Made by a program: the position numbers and the translations under genes
Assembly: GCA_963827165.1 (NCBI GenBank)
Contig: CAWGZR010000003.1
Coordinates: 246,532 to 310,531, forward strand
Source of the DNA: Candidatus Bathyarchaeota archaeon
GTDB lineage: Archaea; Thermoproteota; Bathyarchaeia; Bathyarchaeales; Bathycorpusculaceae
Direction: 5' to 3'
Length of the DNA stretch: 64,000 nucleotides
Part shown: in pieces, positions 10,913 to 21,823 of the stretch
Numbering within the stretch: position 1 is the stretch's first letter
How the letters are laid out: every line of letters starts with the position of its first letter
The notes under the pieces: model-generated
The model's input: the letters and a program-made list of their open reading frames with translations, nothing else
Database searches by the model: none
Told to the model about the DNA's origin: nothing

Positions 10913-11464
10913 TTAGGCGTCTTTGCAGCTTACGGCTTTTTTCTGAACTAAATCGGCGAGATCTTTGGCTTGGGTCAAGCTACTAAGCATAGCAAGCCGA
11001 AATTCTTTTGCCTCATTTTTTTCAGCTTCGAATTCCATTATTAGCCCTGAAATCGCAAAGGCTGAGCTGTCCAGAAATTCCTTAACTTCCGCGCAGGTTT
11101 TTGCAGCAATTATCTTAGAGTGAATTGGCTCGTGTTCGAACCCCTCTAAAATAGCGAAATCAACTCCTTTCAGATATGGTAGAATCTCGTTTGTTGAGAG
11201 CCGTTTTTTTATGAATATCACGGTTTCCTCTTTGGGAACTGCCACCACAACTTCTGCGCCGGCTTTTGTGTACCGGTCGGTTTCGGTTGCTGGGGTATCT
11301 AACGTTGGAATCCTCACCATCTCCTTAATGGCGGCTACCCTGTACCCTCGGCTTTTTAACTCAGCGATTAAATGCTCAACAACGGTGGTTTTTCCCGAAT
11401 GTTTCCCGCCGACTACTGCGACAAGTTTTGTCAAGATTGCGCCTTCCCAGCTTTTTACCGTCAA
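10913..11464 (-). CDS. mobB: Molybdopterin-guanine dinucleotide biosynthesis protein B
   Basis: VVGGKHSGKTT, LDTPATETDRY..AGA, ILEGF. Confidence 0.85.
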   Translation of the reverse strand: MTVKSWEGAILTKLVAVVGGKHSGKTTVVEHLIAELKSRGYRVAAIKEMVRIPTLDTPATETDRYTKAGAEVVVAVPKEETVIFIKKRLSTNEILPYLKGVDFAILEGFEHEPIHSKIIAAKTCAEVKEFLDSSAFAISGLIMEFEAEKNEAKEFRLAMLSSLTQAKDLADLVQKKAVSCKDA

Positions 11465-11533
11465 TGAGCCATATAACGTTTAACGGAAACCAATGTGTGC
11501 TCTGCGCGAAATTATTAGCACGCCAAAGCGATC

Positions 11534-12916
11534 CTATTGATCGTTTTGTGTGGCGTAAATTGCTGCGTCTAAAATTAAACTGTTTGTGTTGCACCCTGTG
11601 CCAATGGTGCATTTCCCGCCGTTGTTTGCACCGTCAGCATACCCATTGGCGGATGGATTAGGGATAATATTTTGCAGGTAAACGACCAAGTTTTGAGCAA
11701 ACGTCGAATTATACAGCGCAAGAAAGCTGAAGGCGACTTTGCTGTAGATGATGGGGTTCATGTTGATGTATGAGTTTGGTGTGATGCCAGTTATTTTCCA
11801 TGCCTCGCCGTTTGGAGCGACTACCCACTCGTAAATATATTGGCTTGTGAAAGAGTCTCCTTCGCTGAAAGCAACGTACTTGCCTGTTGTGTCGTAGTAG
11901 GCTTGGTGAGCAAGGTAAACCTGCTTCATTAGATTGCTCAGTTCCGCGTTGCTGTTGTTAAGTTCGAATATTGCGCATAGCATGGGTTCGGTGGTGATGA
12001 TAGCTTTTGGCAGTGAGACGCCGTAGGTTGTTATTGTTTGTGTGTTCGCTATGTTACTCATGATTTCGTTTGGGATATTACCGACTTGCTGGGGCCAGAA
12101 GCTTGCGAAGCCGCTGTCAATGCAATATCCGTATATGCTGTTTGACGTGGCGTCTTTTTCGACGCTGGGCAGAAGCGCGGCGTAGTCGCTTTGGTTGTAA
12201 ACGATGTTATCTATCACAGGCGCTAGGCTGCTGTTGTACATTCTCAGGTTGTTTAGGGCATCAAAAAGTCTTCCCGTGTCAGCTCCGTCAACGATGCCAA
12301 CTTCTTTATCCGACAATGAATGAAGATCTTGCCCATTTGTCGCGTCATAGTACCAGTATGGGTAACCTGTGGTAGCATTCAAAGGTCGATTTTCAAGAAA
12401 ATCCATAACTTTCTCCAACCTTGCACTTGAACCCCAAGAGCCCTCCGCACTTATCAATCCGAGTTTCTGCGCATCAAGAACAGCTTGAATGTAACCACCT
12501 AAATCCCAAGAGGTAAAACCCACGAAATTTGTACCCGAAGCATATGGAAGCCCAGTTTTAGGGTCTACGCCTACGCCGGGTTGGAAATAAGCCCATGCGT
12601 TAGCGGCAATAGCGTGCCAGATGGAGCTGTTAACAGGTTGCCCAGCAACAACAAGACCTGAGCCACCGCTTTGGTGATTTGACGGGACAAAGTCTATTCC
12701 TAGCCAACGTGACATTTGTGAGTCTGACGAGGATACGGTAGCAAAAAATGAAATAAGCAAAATAGCTGCAACCACAATTGCAAATGCATACTTTGTTTTC
12801 CTTCCAAAACGCCTAAGACTTGGCCCTGAAGACCCACTTTTGTCCCCAATTGATAAACTCGTCATCTTTGCGCTTTTCAGTGGAGCGGTTTTTTTGCGAA
12901 GTAAAGTTTGGGGCAT
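11534..12916 (-). CDS. Membrane-anchored DUF3131-like putative glucan-active protein
   Basis: N-terminal TM helix; AWAYF, TSWDLGGY, ADTGRL, TTEP, AFSEG motifs. Confidence 0.65.
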   Translation of the reverse strand: MPQTLLRKKTAPLKSAKMTSLSIGDKSGSSGPSLRRFGRKTKYAFAIVVAAILLISFFATVSSSDSQMSRWLGIDFVPSNHQSGGSGLVVAGQPVNSSIWHAIAANAWAYFQPGVGVDPKTGLPYASGTNFVGFTSWDLGGYIQAVLDAQKLGLISAEGSWGSSARLEKVMDFLENRPLNATTGYPYWYYDATNGQDLHSLSDKEVGIVDGADTGRLFDALNNLRMYNSSLAPVIDNIVYNQSDYAALLPSVEKDATSNSIYGYCIDSGFASFWPQQVGNIPNEIMSNIANTQTITTYGVSLPKAIITTEPMLCAIFELNNSNAELSNLMKQVYLAHQAYYDTTGKYVAFSEGDSFTSQYIYEWVVAPNGEAWKITGITPNSYINMNPIIYSKVAFSFLALYNSTFAQNLVVYLQNIIPNPSANGYADGANNGGKCTIGTGCNTNSLILDAAIYATQNDQ

Positions 12917-13066
12917 TATATCCAGCTTGGTTTAATTGTAATTGGACATGGTTAAGATTTGGTTCGATTTAAAACTATGGCAAAATCAGAGTTTCCACAA
13001 ACTGCGGGGCGCTCAAGCAAAATTTATAAAGCTAAGGCGGCGGTTTTTTCAGTCAGGAGCGTGAGG

Positions 13067-13637
13067 TTGCACGGTTTTAGTTGTTGCCGCCGTCGGGGTA
13101 AGCGGTTCAGGAAAGACGGTTACGTTAGAATACTTGATTTCTCGCTTGTCAGCTGAGGGACTCCAGATTGGGTCAATTAAGCATGTTCACCATACAGGCT
13201 TCACAATGGATAAGGAAGGCTCCAACACTTGGCGGTACGCTCAAGCAGGCTCAAAAGTCATCGTTGCAATCTCCCCAGAAGAAGTAGACATCATAAAGAA
13301 GACCCAGATGGCACTAAACGACCTTGACAACATAATCGCTTTGCTTGAAAATGAAAAGTTAGATCTGGTTTTCATCGAAGGCTTCCACAGCTTAATCGCG
13401 AAAAGGGAAGATGTACCCAAAATTGTCACTGCAAAAGATGAAGAAGGGCTCAAAGAGACTTTGAAAGGCACTATGGATCCCATTATCGCAGTTGCAGGCA
13501 TAATGGCTAAAAATTCAGCGGACACCCAATACCGCGGCATACCTTTAATCAAGATTCCAGAAGACGGACAAAAACTCGTTGACCTAGTCAAAAAACATCT
13601 AGACAAAACCAAACTCAATATGAAATCCGCCGATTGA
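13067..13637 (+). CDS. mobB: Second MobB paralog; start separated by a 1-nt T-run frameshift at ~13075
   Basis: LVVAAVGVSGSGKT Walker A in frame upstream of the called ORF; IKHVHH...D.EGSNTWR, FIEGF. Confidence 0.85.
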
Positions 13638-13649
13638 GGGAAAAGCTGC

Positions 13650-14738
13650 TTGAATAAACGCGCTGCGCTAATATTGGCAGGTGGAAAAGCCCGACGTTTC
13701 CAAGCCAAAGACAGCGGAGAATGGCAAGACAAGGCTCTCGCCGTTTTTTCGGGAAAACCTCTGCTGGTCAACGCAGTTGAGAACGTTAGGAGCGTTGTTG
13801 ATGAGGTGGCGGTAAGCGTGAACAACGCGGACCGCGGGTTGAAGTACGCTGAAATTCTAAAGGATCATGGGTTGAATGCCGTCCGCATTGTGGTTGACGA
13901 AAAAACCGATATCAGCGGTCCCACGGTCGCGATTATGTCTGGATTAAAAGCCGTTGAGGCGGAGTATTGTCTTACGCTGCCCTGCGACATGCCGTTCCTA
14001 AGGCCTAAAGTCGCCGATTATATGTTTCGGCAAGCGGAGGGGGTTGACGTCGCCACGCCAATGTGGCCTAACGGCAGGATAGAAACGTTACTCACGGTTC
14101 TGAAGCGCCAAATCGGGTTAGAAATCACGGAGACTCTATGCCAACTTAACCGTCCCCGTTCAGACGACATCCAAAGAGGCGCAGGCAAAACTCTCCTGAT
14201 CTCAACCGTAAACGAAATTAAAACGTTTGATCCGGAACTCAAAAGCTTCATCAACATTAACTCCAAAGAAGACCTCAAATCGCTGCAGACCCGACGAGCC
14301 CAAGGTCCCATCAAACAAAACGTGGAATTAAACTGGGGACCCTTACCTGTTTCGGATTTGAAACTCCTCAGAGAAGGCGCCCAAAAAATTCATCAGGGCA
14401 AACTTTCGGAGGCACAAAGCGCTTTTTCTTTATCTGTCGAAAGTTTTGAGGTTAAGAAGTTGTTTTTTTGGGCGGCTGTTAGCGGGGAAAACTTGGGTGA
14501 AACCTTGCTGAAGCTTTCTGAAAAGCTGCACGATAAAAAAGTGGCGGCGGAGCGGGATTTTGAGGGCAAAGAAGCTTTTTTGAGTGCTGCGAACAATTAC
14601 AGACTTGAAGCAGAGGCGTACGAGGAGAAGGATTGCCAATTGCTAGCTGAACGCGGGTTGGCAGATAAGGCTTGGTGTGAATCATGGGCCATGGGGAAGC
14701 ACAGTCACGCACACCGTTACCCATCAAAAGTCACTTAA
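13650..14738 (+). CDS. mobA: Molybdenum cofactor guanylyltransferase with helical C-terminal extension
   Basis: LILAGGKARRF, DKAL, GP...I, LPCDMPF, SFININSKEDL. Confidence 0.85.
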   Translation: MNKRAALILAGGKARRFQAKDSGEWQDKALAVFSGKPLLVNAVENVRSVVDEVAVSVNNADRGLKYAEILKDHGLNAVRIVVDEKTDISGPTVAIMSGLKAVEAEYCLTLPCDMPFLRPKVADYMFRQAEGVDVATPMWPNGRIETLLTVLKRQIGLEITETLCQLNRPRSDDIQRGAGKTLLISTVNEIKTFDPELKSFININSKEDLKSLQTRRAQGPIKQNVELNWGPLPVSDLKLLREGAQKIHQGKLSEAQSAFSLSVESFEVKKLFFWAAVSGENLGETLLKLSEKLHDKKVAAERDFEGKEAFLSAANNYRLEAEAYEEKDCQLLAERGLADKAWCESWAMGKHSHAHRYPSKVT

Positions 14739-16014
14739 AACCGATTGAAGATAATTCTAGTTTGCCGAAAAGACTGACTTCCACTTTGTTGCCCTTTGCT
14801 AGCGACGTATGCGGGGGAACAATCGCGTACCCGTTTGATTTCGCTATGGTTGATAGTGCGCTTGAGCCGCCTTCAACCGGCGCCGCCAAGAATTTGCCTT
14901 CGTCACAGCTTAAGTGGAGGAGCAGAAACCTAAATTGTGGACCGGAATCAAATTCTTCAGTTAACTGCGCGCTCAAACGCGGCTGCATTCCTACTCCTTC
15001 TAGGCCAGTGTACAAGCGGATTAATGGTGCGACGAGATGGTAGAAGCCCGCTATGCACGACCCAATGTGCCCGGGCAGCATCACAACGGGTTTGCCATCC
15101 ACAAGGCCAAATCCGGAAACTGCGCCAGGTCGCAATAAAATTCCCTGAACAACAACGCCTGGTTTCCCAAGCTCGTTCACCGCATCTGGTACAAAATCTT
15201 TCACCCCGACCGAAGAGCCGCCGATAGTAATGACAATGTCCGCGCACTCCAATGCTTCATCTATTCGCTCTTTCACCTTCTCCATGGAATCAGGCATGAT
15301 TCCCAAGATTTGGGCTGATGCTCCAAGTTCAGAAACTAATCCCGAAACAACCAGAGCGTAGTTATTAGCGATTTTCTCTGGGTTTTTTTGTGTTTGCCTA
15401 ATTAGTTCGTCTCCGCCTGAAAGAATGGCGACCATTGGCTTCTTGAATACTTCAGCCTTAACCACACCGACGGAAGCAAGTAACCCTAGGTCTTGTGGTC
15501 GCAAAAGCTGGCCTTTCCTAAGAATTAAATCACCCGTCTTCACGTCATCACCGCGGGGTATTATGCCTTCGCCAGAATCGATCCGTCTGAGAACCAGGAT
15601 TTGGTCGCCGCTTAGGCGGGTCTCCTCAACTTTCACGGTTGCGTTAGCGCCTTTCGGAATCGGGGCACCGCAAGCGACGTAAACTGCTTCCCCGCTCGCC
15701 ACGCTGATCTCCGACAGGTAGTCGGCTGGGAAAAGTTTTCCAACAACCGTGAACATTGCGGGTGCGTTAAGTGCAGCGTCTTTGGTTTCCCTAGAGTTAA
15801 TTGCGTAACCATCGATGAAGGTTTTGTCGTAGTCAGGAATATTGACGTTTGAAAAAACGTCTTTCGCAAGTATTCTTCCTAAAGCCCCCGTCAACGAAAT
15901 GGCTTCGATCTGCAATTTGGTGGGGCGCGCGCCTTCAAGCAGCAACTTTTGCGCTTCGAAGGGATCGCCGCGTTTAGGCAACCTCTTTATGTCAGGTCTG
16001 TTCACTTTGGGCAC
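14731..16014 (-). CDS. moeA: Molybdopterin molybdotransferase
   Basis: GRILA, DGYA, GAPIPKGA, SGGDEL, GGSSVG.KDF, RPG, LPG. Confidence 0.9.
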   Translation of the reverse strand: MPKVNRPDIKRLPKRGDPFEAQKLLLEGARPTKLQIEAISLTGALGRILAKDVFSNVNIPDYDKTFIDGYAINSRETKDAALNAPAMFTVVGKLFPADYLSEISVASGEAVYVACGAPIPKGANATVKVEETRLSGDQILVLRRIDSGEGIIPRGDDVKTGDLILRKGQLLRPQDLGLLASVGVVKAEVFKKPMVAILSGGDELIRQTQKNPEKIANNYALVVSGLVSELGASAQILGIMPDSMEKVKERIDEALECADIVITIGGSSVGVKDFVPDAVNELGKPGVVVQGILLRPGAVSGFGLVDGKPVVMLPGHIGSCIAGFYHLVAPLIRLYTGLEGVGMQPRLSAQLTEEFDSGPQFRFLLLHLSCDEGKFLAAPVEGGSSALSTIAKSNGYAIVPPHTSLAKGNKVEVSLFGKLELSSIGFK

Positions 16015-16800
16015 CTACAGGATTATTCTTTCTGCTCCAGTGTAAACGTTCATTCTGGTTCCGCGGACGAATCCGACGAGGGCGATGTTGGCTTTTTCAG
16101 CCGATGAAATTCCCGAGTTCAGAACCGCTGCTACTGAAGCCACAATGGGCAAGCCCACTTTGGCCGCCTTGTAAATCATGTCGCCGGGCACCCGACCCGT
16201 AATAATCATGAAACACTCGTTAAAGTCTTCGCGGTTCAGGGACGCTTCGCCGATGACTTTGTCAACCGTGTTGTGTCTGCCGACGTCTTCGGAGAAAGCA
16301 ACCATTGTACCGTCGAATTTGAAAATGCCTGAGTCATGCAGGCCTCCTGTTTCTTTGAAACCTTTGGCGCGGCTATTCATCTGGGCGATGCAGTCAAGGA
16401 TTACTTGCGCTTTCACCTTAAGCTGCGACTTCACAACGGGGATTTTTTCGTCATGCTGGTAAGCGGATGTGCTGGCTTTTAGCAATGGAATGATTCGTGT
16501 GCTTCTGCGGGAATGCTTCATGCGCTCGTCCAAATCGACGGTTGTTTTCAGCTTAACGTGGCAACTGTTTTCTTTCTCATTGCTACTCAAAGATTCGATT
16601 TCGTCAATACCTCGTAAAATGTCTTCGGCAAGCAGGTAGCCGACCGCGAGTTCCTTAAACTGGTTGGGAGAGCACCAAATCACAAACGTGTAAGAGTTGT
16701 TGAGTGAGATTTGGAGAGGGACTTCTTCGGCGACGCAATCCGTGGTTTTTTCTGCCTGCCCCGTTGATAAGTCAAGCCTTACCATCTTAACCTGACGCAT
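16015..16800 (-). CDS. fdhD: Formate dehydrogenase accessory sulfurtransferase
   Basis: EEVPL, ELAVGYL, TGGLH, EDVGRHNTVDKVIG, TGRV. Confidence 0.9.
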   Translation of the reverse strand: MRQVKMVRLDLSTGQAEKTTDCVAEEVPLQISLNNSYTFVIWCSPNQFKELAVGYLLAEDILRGIDEIESLSSNEKENSCHVKLKTTVDLDERMKHSRRSTRIIPLLKASTSAYQHDEKIPVVKSQLKVKAQVILDCIAQMNSRAKGFKETGGLHDSGIFKFDGTMVAFSEDVGRHNTVDKVIGEASLNREDFNECFMIITGRVPGDMIYKAAKVGLPIVASVAAVLNSGISSAEKANIALVGFVRGTRMNVYTGAERIIL

Positions 16801-16962
16801 AACTTGTCCTCTTGAGTCTTGGTTTTGAACTCAGCCATCTTGATAAGGCGTTCGGCTAAAACAGTATTCAAAAAAGATTTTGATGTTAGTTTTATTCGGG
16901 TAAGTTAATTAGCAAAAGAAATACCGTTTGTCTTATCAGTTAAGAAAGCGAAAAAAGAAAAG

Positions 16963-17784
16963 TTATAGGTATTTTTCGTAGCTTTTTAGTTGTGGGTTGT
17001 TGGCTTTGTTAACGAATAGCTTGCCTGTGCCATGTTCTGCTAGGTCGCCAAGGAATACGTAGAAGGGTCCTGCGACGCTTTGTGTGTCGTCTATTTTGAC
17101 TTTGGGTTTAACGCTGTCAACTGTGAATCCGGGCATTACTTCTTGAATTGTGCCAGCTATGACGATTTTTCCGCCTGTCATCAATGCACCCGCGCGGTTG
17201 TCACATTCCTTTTCAACAAGGATTGTTCCTTCGCTCATGTGGTACCCAAGGAACCTGCCTGCGCCGCCCTTAATTTTCAGCACTCCACCGTGCAGGTAAC
17301 ATCCTACGTCGCTGCCGACTTTGCCATCAACAACTATCAAGCCGCCTTTCATGCCTGTGGCTGTTCCGCGGTATGGGGAAGCCAAATAGTCGCCCGCGTC
17401 TCCATGCACCTCAATTAAGCCGCCTTTCATGTCGTCACCCGACCATCCACCTATGTTGCCGTTTACTGTAATTTTGCCGCCAACCATTTTTTCGCCTGTG
17501 TGCATACCGCAATCGCCGTTGACAACTATTTCGCCTGTTTTCATGGCTTGGCCGATTCGTTTGACTTTGGCTGCGTCTCCGTTTATCGTGATGTAGGGTG
17601 TTTCAAGGTGGTCTTCTTGGATTTCGAAGAGGTCGCCGAGTTTTAAGTTGCGGTTTCCTTCGGTTAGGGGTAAGTTTGATATTTCAGTAGTGTCTTTGCC
17701 TTTGAAGACATCGGGGGTTATGCATGCCGCTTGGACAGGCACCTCGAATTTTCTTTTCGGAGTTAAGATGATCATTTTAGACAC
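16963..17784 (-). CDS. fwdC: Formylmethanofuran dehydrogenase subunit C
   Basis: Repeated G..M.GG.I.V.G beta-helix; GDLAEHG.GKL. Confidence 0.92.
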   Translation of the reverse strand: MSKMIILTPKRKFEVPVQAACITPDVFKGKDTTEISNLPLTEGNRNLKLGDLFEIQEDHLETPYITINGDAAKVKRIGQAMKTGEIVVNGDCGMHTGEKMVGGKITVNGNIGGWSGDDMKGGLIEVHGDAGDYLASPYRGTATGMKGGLIVVDGKVGSDVGCYLHGGVLKIKGGAGRFLGYHMSEGTILVEKECDNRAGALMTGGKIVIAGTIQEVMPGFTVDSVKPKVKIDDTQSVAGPFYVFLGDLAEHGTGKLFVNKANNPQLKSYEKYL

Positions 17785-19474
17785 TTGCCTTTATGGTTAA
17801 TTTTTCTGGAACCCTAAGGTAATGCTCGAACACTGGATAATTGTCATATTCAATAGTCCAGTACTTTCTGAATTTGCTTCTCATTTCATCGTCAATGATA
17901 CATGGTTCTTTTGTTTGGACATCAAGCCACATGGTTCTGCCGGGTGTTGTGTTGTCTACTACTTCACCGTCTTTAACAACGATTTTGCCGTCTTTGACAG
18001 TGTACGCTGCGTGTTTGAAGGCTTTACGTGCGATTTTGAATTGTTGGGCTATGTCGAGTTTTTCAGGGTTAATATTGAAAATTGCGACGTCGGCATCTGC
18101 GCCAACACCAAGTTGACCTTTGTTTTTAAGTCCCAAGGCTTTTGCTTGTCCAGCACGAGTCATAATGGCTATTTCGTAGAGGGACATTTCTCGGTCGATT
18201 GTGGGAAGCAGACTCTTTTTCTGGGCTTTCTTATTGCAGTGCTTAAGCGTTATTTCTCGTGCTTTCTTGCTGTATAGCCAAGCGAGAACTCGTGGGTAAG
18301 AAAAGAATGGCCCGGCGTTGGGGTGATCGGTTGTCATCATCATTTTCCAAGGATCTTTTATTAGCAGAGCTAACTCCAACCCAATGGACCATTGAAGCGC
18401 GTTCACCGGACTGTTTTTCTTGTAGTGTATAGGTATGATTCCGCCGCTGGTTTCAGTTTCGATGTCGCTATTGACCCATTTGTTGTGGCCGCCAAGCGCG
18501 TAGAGTGAAAATTCGAAGGGCCCATCAGCGGTCATGGTTGTGGTTTCTGAGAATATAATTTGTCCCATATCAAAGGTCATGTGATTGTGTGCGTTGATGT
18601 AGTTTGAGATTTCCTCTGATGCTGATTGGAAGTGTACCCAGCTGTCACCTGCAAAGCTTGAGAATTGCAAGTGGGTAATGTGGGCAACTGGTCTGCCATT
18701 GTATGGCACGCTTTCAAGCGCTCTCATAGTGTCCAGTGTAGTTGTGTAGTTACCGGGTATTCCCAGATTATTTGTGTGAAGGTGAATAGAATGAGGCAAA
18801 TTTAGCATCGCGTTAACTTTTGCTAAGCCGCACATGATTTCCCGCGGGGTAATGCAGAAGTTCGGCACTTGGTCATCAATACTATGGACGTTATGCCCAA
18901 AACCCCAAGACTCTAAGCCGCCTGGATTAACGATTTTAATGGCGTAACCTTTGGTTATGTCAAGCATCCAAGCGACATGTTTGGCGCATTCTTCGATATT
19001 GCCTTTTGCTAAGTTCTCCAAAACAAACCACCAGTCGCCAACTAGCGGGTAAGTGGCTTTGTCAAGCAAGGGGATGTCGTTTAATTCTTCATGGGTATGT
19101 TTAGCTTCCAAAGGCGCCATAGATGGATTCATGACAGTTGTGTAACCCATGCGGGAATATCTATAACCAGTAGTGAAAGTTGAAGGAATGGAATAACCAG
19201 TTCCGCTACGGGTCATGGCTGTTTTGCGTTCCACATCTTTAACATGGTCATCGGGACGGATTATTCTGCCAGTGTTAACTTCTCCACCAGCAATGTGGGT
19301 ATGGATGTCAACGCCGCCGGGCATAACTGTTAAACCTGAAGCGTCAATCACTTGGGCTTTGGCACTGACTTTTTGGACAATTTTGCCATTTTTGATTGCT
19401 ATGTCCATTTTTTCGCCGTTGATCCCGTTTATTGGGTCAAAGACGAAGCCATTTTTTATGAGTAGTTCAGTCAT
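17777..19474 (-). CDS. fwdA: Formylmethanofuran dehydrogenase subunit A
   Basis: MPGGVDIHTH, KIVNPGG, HLHTNNLG, TTDHPNAGPF. Confidence 0.95.
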   Translation of the reverse strand: MTELLIKNGFVFDPINGINGEKMDIAIKNGKIVQKVSAKAQVIDASGLTVMPGGVDIHTHIAGGEVNTGRIIRPDDHVKDVERKTAMTRSGTGYSIPSTFTTGYRYSRMGYTTVMNPSMAPLEAKHTHEELNDIPLLDKATYPLVGDWWFVLENLAKGNIEECAKHVAWMLDITKGYAIKIVNPGGLESWGFGHNVHSIDDQVPNFCITPREIMCGLAKVNAMLNLPHSIHLHTNNLGIPGNYTTTLDTMRALESVPYNGRPVAHITHLQFSSFAGDSWVHFQSASEEISNYINAHNHMTFDMGQIIFSETTTMTADGPFEFSLYALGGHNKWVNSDIETETSGGIIPIHYKKNSPVNALQWSIGLELALLIKDPWKMMMTTDHPNAGPFFSYPRVLAWLYSKKAREITLKHCNKKAQKKSLLPTIDREMSLYEIAIMTRAGQAKALGLKNKGQLGVGADADVAIFNINPEKLDIAQQFKIARKAFKHAAYTVKDGKIVVKDGEVVDNTTPGRTMWLDVQTKEPCIIDDEMRSKFRKYWTIEYDNYPVFEHYLRVPEKLTIKASV

Positions 19475-21028
19475 TTAGGCTACCTTCGCTTTTTTTGTTT
19501 TCTTTCTTTGCTTAATTTCGATCTTAGGCGCCAGATTGTTACGTGCTTTGAGTTCAGCTTTGGTTTCGGTTTCGGGGTTTTCGGCCTTGATTGCTCGAAC
19601 TTCATCAAGGATTTTCTTGAGTAACTCCTCGTCATTAAGGATTCCCGGCGGCGGTTCCACGACTTTCCGCAACATTATTGGGACGTGATCCATGCGGTAA
19701 GCTGTCCCCTCATATTCTATGCCGCACCATTGTGTTGGAAACACTACGTCGCCGAGTCGTGATATAGCGTTCATGTCGGGGTTAATCGTGATTAGGGGGT
19801 GTTTCATCAGGTTCTGAACGGCGACCTTTGGAAAGTGAGCACCTGGGTCTGCCGAGATAACTAACGTGGCGTCGTTGTCTCCGCGTCTCAGCAAATCAAT
19901 GGTCGTGAATTCTCCTGGGTTATATTGTGGGTATCCTTGTGAGAAGTCTATAGCATATGGGTAACCTGTTGTCCAAGCGAAAACCACGTTTGCGCCCGTA
20001 ACGTTGAAGTGTCCACGCATAGGCGATATTACGAATTTGGTTCTTCGGTTAAGATCCCTTGTTAGGGCGATTGCTATTTCGATGTTTCTGAATCTGCCCA
20101 AGCTTTGCGTTAAGCCAAGGCCGAAGAAGATGACGCCGAAGTCGCAGTTCACCATCGCGTCTGTTACGTCTTTGAGGTATTCAACTGGGACTCCGCCGAC
20201 TTTGTCAACGTCTAGTTCTTGGTCATTAACCAAGCATCTCATGGCGTCAAATACCTCGTAGTCCTTGTTTGGTTCAACTTGAATAAAGTAGTCAGCTGCC
20301 TCAGCAGTCATGGTTTTTCTCACGTCGACAACAATCAGTTTGCGCCCTGCCTTCTGCATCGTTTGCGGAGGTGCACCAACAATGCATGCCTGAGGCGCAA
20401 CAGGAGGCTTATACTCATCAATCATTCGTCGGGAAGCCGCCTCCACTTTTTTGCGGCTCTGAGTGCCTTTCATTTTTTCAAGGTAACTTTTCCATTCGCT
20501 GCCCTCAAAGCGGCCGTCTGTGAAGCTGGTGTATCGTTCGAGATGCCTTGGGTGAGAAGTCCAGGGGTTGCATGCCCAGTAAACTATCAGGTCTGCACGG
20601 TGCCTGATTTGCCCAAGGGTCGCCGCGGGGATGCCGATTTCCTGAGTAGCCATAACGGATGGTCCGTGGCAAACGCTGCAACAGTTGTCTAGTGCTGAGC
20701 CTAATTCTTCTGCTAACATGACTCCGATGCGTTGTGCCTCGCTTGTTGAGCTGCTCCAGCCGAATAGCAAGGGGTACTTTGCGTCTGTGAGAATTTTGGC
20801 GGCTTTGTGTACTGCTTCATCCATTGACACGGGGACGAGTTTGCCTTCTTTGCGTATCATGGGTTTTAGAATTCGCTCTTCGCTTTTATAGCCGTGAACC
20901 ATTTTTGCTTCGCATACGGAGCAGCCGTTTTTCATTTTGACGATTTCATTATTTTCGACGGTTACTTCAATGTCGTCACATAAGCAGCCGCATATTGGAC
21001 AAACAACGGATTTTATTGTTTCAGCCAT
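19475..21028 (-). CDS. fwdB: Formylmethanofuran dehydrogenase subunit B (Cys form)
   Basis: CPICGCLCDD, SVCHGPS, HPRH, MRGHFNV, TGYPY, GTAYRMD. Confidence 0.93.
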   Translation of the reverse strand: MAETIKSVVCPICGCLCDDIEVTVENNEIVKMKNGCSVCEAKMVHGYKSEERILKPMIRKEGKLVPVSMDEAVHKAAKILTDAKYPLLFGWSSSTSEAQRIGVMLAEELGSALDNCCSVCHGPSVMATQEIGIPAATLGQIRHRADLIVYWACNPWTSHPRHLERYTSFTDGRFEGSEWKSYLEKMKGTQSRKKVEAASRRMIDEYKPPVAPQACIVGAPPQTMQKAGRKLIVVDVRKTMTAEAADYFIQVEPNKDYEVFDAMRCLVNDQELDVDKVGGVPVEYLKDVTDAMVNCDFGVIFFGLGLTQSLGRFRNIEIAIALTRDLNRRTKFVISPMRGHFNVTGANVVFAWTTGYPYAIDFSQGYPQYNPGEFTTIDLLRRGDNDATLVISADPGAHFPKVAVQNLMKHPLITINPDMNAISRLGDVVFPTQWCGIEYEGTAYRMDHVPIMLRKVVEPPPGILNDEELLKKILDEVRAIKAENPETETKAELKARNNLAPKIEIKQRKKTKKAKVA

Positions 21029-21034
21029 TTTAAA

Positions 21035-21436
21035 TTACCGACCATACTCCTCTTTCAAAAGTTCATCAAGCGTCAAAACAACTTGGTCTGGGGCAAGTTC
21101 CACTTCAACTGAGAAACCCTTGAACAAGGGCATGCCCATGCCGAAGGTTTCATCGCCGCAGATGGCGTTTGCCCATAAGCCACATGGGATGAAAACTATG
21201 CCGGGGTTGGAGCCGTAGGGGTTCTTTACTGCTTTGACGATGACTGAACCGTATTTTGAAGTTACTTTAACGTTTGTTCGGCTTTTTATACCGAGTGTTT
21301 TCATGTCTGCTGCATCTATGATGCAGATTGATGAGCTGTCAAAGTACTCTTTGGAGCCTTTCCCCATCTCTTTTCCTACGCCTTGATCGATTGTTCTACC
21401 TGTAATTAAAATTGCACGTAGCTTTTGCTCTACCAT
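21035..21436 (-). CDS. fwdD: Formylmethanofuran dehydrogenase subunit D
   Basis: LITGRTIDQG, FIPCGLWAN, GMP.FKG. Confidence 0.9.
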   Translation of the reverse strand: MVEQKLRAILITGRTIDQGVGKEMGKGSKEYFDSSSICIIDAADMKTLGIKSRTNVKVTSKYGSVIVKAVKNPYGSNPGIVFIPCGLWANAICGDETFGMGMPLFKGFSVEVELAPDQVVLTLDELLKEEYGR

Positions 21437-21691
21437 GGTCTACGACCTACCCAATAGGAGTTTATAGAGTTATATTTAAAATTAAGTTAAATAAAAGTTT
21501 AAAATCCACCTGAAATATGGCAAATTGCAATGCTCAAACGAGTCATGTAAGCCACAGGCAACTTGGTTGCACTCGTGTTTAGTTTTCTCTTATGTTGTTC
21601 ATGCCCCAAAAACGAACCCTAAATACCCGGAATAAAAACACCTACCAAAAAGCAATAATCGAAATTAATAAACGAAAAACATCGCAAAATG

Positions 21692-21774
21692 GTCCAATAG
21701 AGAGACATTGGACGATTGACACATTCTTTCTAAGATTGAGGTCAAGCGTTAAAGATATTTATCCTTAAACGCTT
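21692..21774. promoter_or_regulatory. Two inverted repeats in the fwdD/glnA divergent promoter region
   Basis: GTCCAAT-N8-ATTGGAC (21692-21713) and AAGCGTTAAAGATA-tt-TATCCTTAAACGCTT (21744-21774). Confidence 0.45.
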
Positions 21775-21823
21775 ATTAATTCAACAGGTAAAATAGCACT
21801 TAACGCTAAGGTGATATGGGAAA

